24,888 bases of DNA, taken from positions 1 to 24,888 of IMG/VR virus record IMGVR_UViG_3300025398_000087. One strand, 5' to 3'. Position 1 is the stretch's first letter, and each line of letters starts with the position of its first letter. A program made the position numbers and the translations under genes. Shown here piece by piece: positions 18,702-24,888 of this stretch. The DNA is from a virus. Its lineage: Duplodnaviria; Caudoviricetes. The notes under the pieces are model-generated. The model was not told the origin of the DNA. It did no database searches and saw only the letters and a program-made list of their open reading frames with translations.

Positions 18702-19328
18702 ATGACTTCAAAACTTACCACACTTGCAGAGGAAAAGAAATCGGCAGGACATAAAACCATGTCCAAGGATGCCGTCACTTGGTTACAAGGTAAGATAAAT
18801 GAGATAAAAAGACCTTCTTCTATTCCAAATACTATTAGAAGTGAAGTAGGCAGACAGAAACAACCAGGCCAGTTACGAATTGGCATGATGTATTGTTATT
18901 ATTATGATCCAAAGACTAAAGATGATTTGCCTTATTGGGATAGATTCCCAATGGTATTGGTACTAGAGAAGTACAATGATGGGTTTCTAGGATTGAATAT
19001 ACATTACTTGCCAGTCAAGTATCGTGTAGCCTTCTTACAGAAGCTGATGAAGTATGCTCAACTAACACCTGATGCGGATATCAAAAGAATGAGAATTTCT
19101 TATGATATATTAACTGCATCCAAAAGATATGCAGAGTTTAGGCCATGTCTAAAACGTTATTTGTATAGTCACATGAGGTCTAGAATATTGATGATAGAAC
19201 CAAGTGAATGGGATGTGGCCACTATGTTGCCTATCCAACAATTCAGAGGTGCAAAGCCACAAAAAGTGTGGCAAGATTCTGTGAAAGAATGGAAAGACCA
19301 CATGGCTCACTTTAATCAGGACGAATAA
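18702..19328 (+). CDS. gp2: DNA end protector gp2
   Basis: YDPKTKDDLPYWDRFP, FLGLNIHYLP, PCLKRYL and W..A..LP..QF motifs. Confidence 0.92.
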   Translation: MTSKLTTLAEEKKSAGHKTMSKDAVTWLQGKINEIKRPSSIPNTIRSEVGRQKQPGQLRIGMMYCYYYDPKTKDDLPYWDRFPMVLVLEKYNDGFLGLNIHYLPVKYRVAFLQKLMKYAQLTPDADIKRMRISYDILTASKRYAEFRPCLKRYLYSHMRSRILMIEPSEWDVATMLPIQQFRGAKPQKVWQDSVKEWKDHMAHFNQDE

Positions 19329-19330
19329 AA

Positions 19331-20017
19331 ATGGCAGACGCAGATTTAGGAAAAATTACAGTAATTGAAAAACCAACTCATGCTCCGATTGATAATTTTT
19401 TGCAATCAATGGTTGATGTTGCTAGACCAAATAGGTTTGATGTTAGAATTATTTTACCAGCAAAAATTTTGGACAATTTAAATGCATCCGAAAATAATAA
19501 TCTAACAACCAGAATATTACAATTACGTTGTGAAGCCACAGAGTTACCAGGAAGAACTTTTGGTACTGTTGACCAAAAGTTTGGTTCAAATCCTACAACA
19601 AAATTTCCAATGCATTCGTCTTACAATGATTTGACAATGACATTTATTGTTTCCGATACAATGATAGAGCGTACAATTTTTGACGTTTGGATGGAGTATA
19701 TCAATCCAACATCTTCATTTGATTTCGATTATAAGAAAAATACTGTATCTGATATTGCTGTCATACAGTATGATTTACAAGATAATCCTGTATACGTAGT
19801 TAACTTCTTTAATGCATATCCAATCGTGGTCAATCAAATGGACTTGGATTGGTCTAATGATGGTTACCATAGAGTGACAGTAGTATTTGCTTATGATTAC
19901 TGGCAAAATCAAGGTGTTGAATCATTAGGAGTAGTGTTAAAACCGCAAGGCCAAGAATTCCAAATACTTTCAACCAGCAAACTCGTAGAACAATATTTTA
20001 CACCAACAGCAACCTGA
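19331..20017 (+). CDS. gp54: Tail tube initiator / gp19-gp54 family protein
   Basis: ARPNRFDV, LRCEATELPGR, LTMTF, FDVWMEYI and AYP.....LDWS...V.F.Y..W motifs of tube-fold proteins; position between gp2 and gp26. Confidence 0.72.
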   Translation: MADADLGKITVIEKPTHAPIDNFLQSMVDVARPNRFDVRIILPAKILDNLNASENNNLTTRILQLRCEATELPGRTFGTVDQKFGSNPTTKFPMHSSYNDLTMTFIVSDTMIERTIFDVWMEYINPTSSFDFDYKKNTVSDIAVIQYDLQDNPVYVVNFFNAYPIVVNQMDLDWSNDGYHRVTVVFAYDYWQNQGVESLGVVLKPQGQEFQILSTSKLVEQYFTPTAT

Positions 20018-20047
20018 TAACATAATTATTTTATTTGAGGAGATATA

Positions 20048-20773
20048 ATGGCTTTACCAAAAATTGATGTGCCAATTTATGAATTGGATTTACCCCTATC
20101 AAAGAAACACATTCGTTTCAGACCATTTCTGGTCAAAGAACAACGTAATCTAATGATGGCCATGGAGGCCAATGATAGTGAAACGATTGAAAAGAACATC
20201 AAGCAAGTTCTACACAATTGCACACTAACAGAAGACATCAACGTTGATACTTTGCCAATCATCGATGTAGAGTATTACTTTTTAAACCTACGTGCAAGGT
20301 CTGTAGGTGAAGTTATAGAAAGTAAATACCGTTGTGAGAATGAGGTTGATGGTAAGAAGTGTGGCACTTTGATGGAGTCTAAAGTTAATCTATTGGACAT
20401 AAACGTTGATATGACCAATGTACCAGATAGTCACATTCCATTGACCAATAAGATTAGTATTGGTATGAAATATCCAGAATTCTCTATCATCGAACGTGCA
20501 GCCAAATTTGAAAACCCAACTGATATGGCTTTTGACATGATTGCTGAAAGTGTAGACTACATATTTGATGGTGAACAATATTACTATGCAAAAGAAACCA
20601 ATCCAGGTGAGCTCATCGAATTCATTGAATCGTTGAACCAAGACCAGTTCTCAAAGATTGAAGAGTTCTTCAACAACATGCCAAAGCTAGACAAGACAAT
20701 AGAGATGACATGTAAGAAGTGTAAGTTTCACCATAAAATAAATGTGGAGGGCCTCGAAAGTTTTTTCGGCTAG
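20048..20773 (+). CDS. gp26: Baseplate hub assembly chaperone gp26
   Basis: MALPKI..P.Y.L.LP...I.FRPFLVKE, DVEY.FL.LRARSVGE, Cys pairs (C..ENEVDGKKC, CKKC) and terminal EGLESFF; strong SD GAGGAG upstream. Confidence 0.92.
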   Translation: MALPKIDVPIYELDLPLSKKHIRFRPFLVKEQRNLMMAMEANDSETIEKNIKQVLHNCTLTEDINVDTLPIIDVEYYFLNLRARSVGEVIESKYRCENEVDGKKCGTLMESKVNLLDINVDMTNVPDSHIPLTNKISIGMKYPEFSIIERAAKFENPTDMAFDMIAESVDYIFDGEQYYYAKETNPGELIEFIESLNQDQFSKIEEFFNNMPKLDKTIEMTCKKCKFHHKINVEGLESFFG

Positions 20774-20835
20774 TGATGCGGCACGATAACTTGAGAAATT
20801 ATTACACAACCAATTTCTCTCTCGTGCAGCATCAC
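20746..20835 (+). promoter_or_regulatory. Putative -1 programmed ribosomal frameshift signal fusing gp26 to gp51
   Basis: GGAGG (20746-20750), 10-nt spacer, T TTT TTC (20761-20767), 5-nt spacer, then a stem-loop (20773-20835). The -1 frame is open and identical to the gp51 frame. Confidence 0.75.
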
Positions 20836-20958
20836 AAGTACAGTTTGACAGAACTTGAAAATATGATACCTTGGGAAAGGGACATATACGTTGCAATGCT
20901 TATACAATACATCGAACAAGAAAACGAAAAGATTAAGCAGAAGCAACATAGCAGATGA
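20773..20958 (+). CDS. gp51: Baseplate hub assembly catalyst gp51-like short ORF (likely expressed as the C-terminal extension of gp26)
   Basis: NYYTTNFSLVQHHKYSLTELENMIPWERDIYV is the gp51 signature; no SD at initiation distance. Confidence 0.88.
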   Translation: MMRHDNLRNYYTTNFSLVQHHKYSLTELENMIPWERDIYVAMLIQYIEQENEKIKQKQHSR

Positions 20959-22388
20959 AAAGAATAAACGAACTACAAGATATAGATTCTGAAGACAATC
21001 AGAGGTATAGTCGTGCTACTGCATATGAAAATGCAGAACACCTAAGAAAACGTGGCTTACTTGGTAATATCACCGACAATATAATTGCCGGTAATAGTGT
21101 TCGTGGTTCATTCAAACGAGGCATATCTGATACATTTAAGGCCAAAGCCACAGGACTTAAAGAACGATTAGACCCTATCAATATAGCAAAGTCACTGACA
21201 GGCAATCTAGGTGCTTCTATTGTTGGTTCTTTACTTAATAGAAGTCCTGAAGACATTGCATACTTTGCAGGTAAAGATTTACCAAAACGTGAGCGTGGTA
21301 AACTAGGTAAAATCAATACTGCATTCTATGCTACAGTAGTTCGTGCTCAAAGAATTAGAAAAGGTGATAGTTTTACCGATGTAGCTACAAAGTTGTTTGC
21401 ATTTATGAAGAAGACTAATGAAGAAAAGACCCTTCAATTTGAATTGGCTAAAGACTTTGAAAAAGAAGAACATGATAAAGACAAAGAAAGGCATGAAGAA
21501 TTAATCAAAGCCATCAAGACCACTAAACAGTTACCAGAGAAACTAGAAGAAAAACTTGAAAAAGAAAAAGAAGTGGCTAAGGTTGCATCTGCAACTAAAA
21601 TGTTATCAAAAGCTACACAAAGAGTTGGCCAATCTCTTTCTTCTTCTGTTTCTGGTGTAATTTTTGGCGCTGGTGCAGCATCTGCAGCTTCTGTCATTGC
21701 ACAAGAAGAAGGTTTACCAAGTGGTGGAAAAGCAATGATTGACCAAGGCCATACTGCTATAGGTTATGGTCATAATATAACAGAACAAGAACAAAGACAA
21801 GGTTTTGTGGTTGCAGGTGATGAAAAAATACCATTGGTGGGTAATAGAGGTCTTGGTACAGTCATAACTAAAGAACAAGCAACCAAGTTATTGCAAACAG
21901 ATTTACCAAAATATGAGAAGGCTGCTAGAGAACCTTTGGGTGAATCTTGGAATAAATTATCAGAAGAACAAAAGGCAGCATTAACATCATATGCATATAA
22001 TACTGGTTCTACACAAACATTGGTTAACGCTGGCTTAAAAGAAGCAATAGATTCTGGCGACATGAAAGCTGCAGCTAGAATTATAAGTGAAAAGGGTGTG
22101 AAGACTGGCCAAAAAGAAGGCTATTTGCCATCTCTAGATAGAAGACGACATGAAGAGGCTGCATTGTTTGAATCTGGTTCAAAGGTAAAAGAAGTAGATA
22201 CACCACCTAAAGTGGGAGATAAAATCAATAAGTCTTCTGTGGAAAACCAAAAGTTAAAAGAAAAGACAACAAACAACACAGTCATCGTAAACAATTCGGT
22301 GACTTCTATTAGCGGTGGTACGACAAACAAACAAATCATGACTACACCTGCTAAAGACATACCACCAACTTATATGGCACAACCATGA
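20955..22388 (+). CDS. Tape-measure-like protein 1 with internal GH24-type lysozyme domain
   Basis: Helical Lys/Glu-rich N-terminal half. Lysozyme-like region about 21696-22169 (EEG...D...IGYGH, IT.EQA..LL..DL, Q..AL.S..YN.G, L.RRR..EA.LF). C-terminal VIVNNS. Located right after gp26/gp51. Confidence 0.7.
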   Translation: MKRINELQDIDSEDNQRYSRATAYENAEHLRKRGLLGNITDNIIAGNSVRGSFKRGISDTFKAKATGLKERLDPINIAKSLTGNLGASIVGSLLNRSPEDIAYFAGKDLPKRERGKLGKINTAFYATVVRAQRIRKGDSFTDVATKLFAFMKKTNEEKTLQFELAKDFEKEEHDKDKERHEELIKAIKTTKQLPEKLEEKLEKEKEVAKVASATKMLSKATQRVGQSLSSSVSGVIFGAGAASAASVIAQEEGLPSGGKAMIDQGHTAIGYGHNITEQEQRQGFVVAGDEKIPLVGNRGLGTVITKEQATKLLQTDLPKYEKAAREPLGESWNKLSEEQKAALTSYAYNTGSTQTLVNAGLKEAIDSGDMKAAARIISEKGVKTGQKEGYLPSLDRRRHEEAALFESGSKVKEVDTPPKVGDKINKSSVENQKLKEKTTNNTVIVNNSVTSISGGTTNKQIMTTPAKDIPPTYMAQP

Positions 22389-24145
22389 AAACAATAACAA
22401 AGAAACTAGGCGAAGAAATTTTCATTTGGGATCCAAAGGCCTTTAACAATAAAGGTTATTGGTTTGTGTTGGGCACAAAAGGTGGTTATGGTAAAGCAGC
22501 CAGTAAAAAAGAGGCAGAATCTTTAGGTCAAGCAGTAACAGAACAATCTGCACCACAAGCAGTCGAATCTGCCTCACCAGTAAAAACCATATCAAATATT
22601 CCAAAAGAAATACCTTTGTTAGAGACACCACCTGAACAAAAAGGTATGTCTTATTCTGATGCGGAAAAGATTAGAGAAACAAAAATAACCGAAATTATCA
22701 CACAAAAAATTATTGAAAGTGGTTCTGTAGGTTCTTCTATCAAACAAGGCATATCAGAAATAACAAAAGCAAAAGTGATGGGCATCAAAGAAGCATTTGA
22801 CCCATTAAACATTGCTAAAATATTAACAGGACCTCTTGGTGCAGCCATTTTGGGTCGTGTAATTGGTCGTAACCAAAAAGACATACAACATTTTACTGGC
22901 ATCAAACCAAGAAACAATAGACTTGCATCAGTCGGTCAGACACGAGGTGGTGATAAGAAGAATGATATTAATAATGCTTTGTACACCAAGATATCAGAAG
23001 GCCAAAGACAGAATATTAAAAAAGGTGATAGTGTTTCTAATGTGTTAGCTAAATTATACAACCTAACCAAACAATATCGTGAGCAAGATGTCAAGAGAAT
23101 GGAATTGGAAAAAGATTTCAAAAAAGAAAAAGCTGCAGCCGAAGAAAGATGGCATGAAGAACTCATTCATGCTATCACAGGTATGAAAGGTAAAGGTAAT
23201 AAGACAGCAATAGAAGAGGGTCTAAGTGTATTTGATGCAATAGAAAAGTTTATTACTCAATTGTTGGAAGAAGTTGGTGTTTTGAAGTTACTTGGTCGTA
23301 GTACAGCTGCCGCAGGTGCAGGTGAAGCTGCTGCGGCTTCGGCTGCAGCTGGTGCTGGTGCTGGTGCAGGAGTAGGCGCTGAAAGTGCTTTACTTTTAGG
23401 TGGTGCCGTTGGAACTTCTGCTTTAGTAGGTGCAACAGCAGTATATGGTGCGCTTTTGTCTCCTTGGGTTTATAATGCAAAAGAAAGAAGAAAGATAGAA
23501 CAAAATCCAAATGCACCAGAGTATAAGGACAATCCTTATGCGATGAAGGTTCGTGGTGAAGTAAAGACTGAAGAAGAAGGTGCAGCCAAGAATAGGCAAA
23601 AGGGATTAAAACAATTTGGTCGTGGAGAAATTGCTCAAGCAGTAGATTCTAAAATAGATGATAATGTTCTTAAAGAAGAATATGGTGATGACCGTTCAGG
23701 TCTAAAGAAGTGGTTACAAGAACATCCAGACAATCGTTCCATGTATCAGTCATCAGTAAAAACGGAACCTGATACTATTCATAGACTTGGTGTAGAACCA
23801 TCAACAGCAGGACAAGGCCGAGGCAATGCAAGTGCAATAGATTATGAAAGACGTACTACACCTGATAAGGCATCTTTTGGTGTATTTCCACAAATGAAGA
23901 AGGCAGTACCAATGGAATCACAACCTAGTCCATTAGGCCAACGTGTACAAAATGCTATTAAGACAAATAATGAAAACAAGATGGAACAAACTATGACACC
24001 TAAAACCACAGTCATTGATAATTCCAAGAACATCAGTAAGACAGGTCGTTCAACTACGGAAAATATAGTTGTGGAAGGTGTACCTGTTCGTAATGATGAA
24101 TCTACATGGCAAAAATTACAGAAGTCCAATCTAAGACCCATATAA
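22385..24145 (+). CDS. Tape-measure-like protein 2 (paralog of the upstream gene)
   Basis: Shares about 165 aa of alignable sequence with the upstream ORF, has an Ala/Gly-rich hydrophobic stretch, and ends in TTVIDNS...VRN.EST; ATGA overlap with the upstream gene. Confidence 0.62.
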   Translation: MKTITKKLGEEIFIWDPKAFNNKGYWFVLGTKGGYGKAASKKEAESLGQAVTEQSAPQAVESASPVKTISNIPKEIPLLETPPEQKGMSYSDAEKIRETKITEIITQKIIESGSVGSSIKQGISEITKAKVMGIKEAFDPLNIAKILTGPLGAAILGRVIGRNQKDIQHFTGIKPRNNRLASVGQTRGGDKKNDINNALYTKISEGQRQNIKKGDSVSNVLAKLYNLTKQYREQDVKRMELEKDFKKEKAAAEERWHEELIHAITGMKGKGNKTAIEEGLSVFDAIEKFITQLLEEVGVLKLLGRSTAAAGAGEAAAASAAAGAGAGAGVGAESALLLGGAVGTSALVGATAVYGALLSPWVYNAKERRKIEQNPNAPEYKDNPYAMKVRGEVKTEEEGAAKNRQKGLKQFGRGEIAQAVDSKIDDNVLKEEYGDDRSGLKKWLQEHPDNRSMYQSSVKTEPDTIHRLGVEPSTAGQGRGNASAIDYERRTTPDKASFGVFPQMKKAVPMESQPSPLGQRVQNAIKTNNENKMEQTMTPKTTVIDNSKNISKTGRSTTENIVVEGVPVRNDESTWQKLQKSNLRPI

Positions 24146-24166
24146 AAAACCCCGCACTAGGCGGGG
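24144..24166 (-). terminator. Rho-independent terminator for the gp32-rubrerythrin-rubredoxin transcript
   Basis: The minus strand reads CCCCGC-CTAGT-GCGGGG-TTTTTT (6-bp GC stem, 5-nt loop, U6 tract). Confidence 0.85.
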
Positions 24167-24187
24167 AAAAACACTTCGGGAAAAGTG
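24167..24187 (-). terminator. Second, weaker hairpin plus U-tract immediately upstream of the main terminator
   Basis: The minus strand reads CACTT-TTCCCG-AAGTG-TTTTT. Confidence 0.4.
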
Positions 24188-24195
24188 AAAATGTT

Positions 24196-24336
24196 TTATT
24201 CGTCAACTTCTATGTAATCTTCTTTACCTACACCACATTCAGGACAGGTAAAGTCATCAGGTAAATCTTCCCATTTACCTTCAATAGATTCTTCATGGAC
24301 ATGACCACAAACTATACATACATGTTCTGGTTTCAT
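24196..24336 (-). CDS. Rubredoxin (46 aa; below ORF-track cutoff)
   Basis: Manual translation MKPEHVCIVCGHVHEESIEGKWEDLPDDFTCPECGVGKEDYIEVDE has CxxCG and (W/F)xCPxCG iron knuckles. GGAGG SD upstream; ATGA overlap with the rubrerythrin stop. Confidence 0.92.
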   Translation of the reverse strand: MKPEHVCIVCGHVHEESIEGKWEDLPDDFTCPECGVGKEDYIEVDE

Positions 24337-24782
24337 AGTGCCTCCATTACCATCTTATACGCATTAGCGTGACGTTTCTCAACCTTTGCTAAGGCTGCAA
24401 AACGTTTTTCTGCTTTTGCTAACACCTGTTTGAATTGTTCAGCGTGTTCAGCGGACTCTATAATTTGTTCCGCAGCTTCTTTTGCAACTTCTTCGTTACC
24501 TTCATTTTTAGCCACAGCTTCAAATTCAGGATACATTACGGTGAATTCATATGTTTCACCTTCAATTGCTTTTTCCAAACATTCTTTTGTAGAAGGTTTA
24601 CCAATTAACAATTCAAGGTGACCCCAAGCGTGTAGAATCTCTTGGTCTGCTGTGTGTTCAAAATGTTTTGCAACATCTTCGAAACCTTCTTCTCTTGCAA
24701 TTTTTGCAAAATATCTATACTTGATATGTGCCTGTGACTCACCGGCCAAGGCACTCTCAAGGTTTTTGAGAGTGATGCTCAT
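24333..24782 (-). CDS. rbr: Rubrerythrin (di-iron four-helix bundle, no fused rubredoxin domain)
   Basis: NLESALAGESQA..KY.YFA..A..EG, EILHA, AIEGETYE...MYPEF and EKRHA give the E/ExxH di-iron ligand pattern. Confidence 0.92.
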   Translation of the reverse strand: MSITLKNLESALAGESQAHIKYRYFAKIAREEGFEDVAKHFEHTADQEILHAWGHLELLIGKPSTKECLEKAIEGETYEFTVMYPEFEAVAKNEGNEEVAKEAAEQIIESAEHAEQFKQVLAKAEKRFAALAKVEKRHANAYKMVMEAL

Positions 24783-24784
24783 AA

Positions 24785-24888
24785 TTATTCCTCTGCTAGT
24801 TTTGCGAAATATGCCAAATCATCGTCTTCTTCAGTAACAAGTTCTGGTTCAGGTTCTGATTTACGTGGCATAGCCTTCAATGTCTCTA
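24785..24888 (-). CDS. gp32: Single-stranded DNA-binding protein gp32, C-terminal end (5' part outside window)
   Basis: Manual translation ...ETLKAMPRKSEPEPELVTEEDDDLAYFAKLAEE*; the acidic DDD(L/A)xYFxKLAEE tail is characteristic of gp32 in this phage group. Confidence 0.8.
   Translation of the reverse strand, partial: ETLKAMPRKSEPEPELVTEEDDDLAYFAKLAEE

Noticed and set aside
20077-24141. Numerous 60-105 aa minus-strand ORFs opposite gp26 and the tape-measure-like genes
   Set aside because: Antisense shadows with Ser/Phe/Leu-rich composition mirroring Lys/Glu codons; no recognisable motifs.
24325-24350. Possible frameshift fusing rubrerythrin to rubredoxin
   Set aside because: No slippery heptamer seen; rubredoxin has its own GGAGG and an ATGA overlap, which translational coupling explains.

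Overview
AT-rich segment of a T4-like (T4 superfamily, cyanophage/'far-T4'-type gene order) myophage genome covering the baseplate/tail morphogenesis module. The minus-strand late operon runs gp48, gp53, gp27-like hub, a gp5 spike apparently split over three genes, a hypothetical gene, gp25, gp6, gp7, an inserted coiled-coil fibre, gp8 and a VrlC/DUF4815-like protein that runs off the left edge. A divergent plus-strand operon runs gp4, gp2, gp54-like, gp26, gp51 and two paralogous tape-measure-like proteins, one carrying a GH24-type lysozyme domain. At the right end a converging minus-strand unit holds the gp32 C-terminus, a rubrerythrin and an unlisted 46-aa rubredoxin, followed by tandem terminators. 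The most striking signal is a complete -1 programmed ribosomal frameshift cassette at the gp26/gp51 junction: internal SD, T TTT TTC slippery heptamer and a 21-bp stem-loop. It would produce a lambda gpG/gpGT-like chaperone pair directly upstream of the tape-measure genes. All protein calls come from recalled family motifs and synteny; no database search was run.
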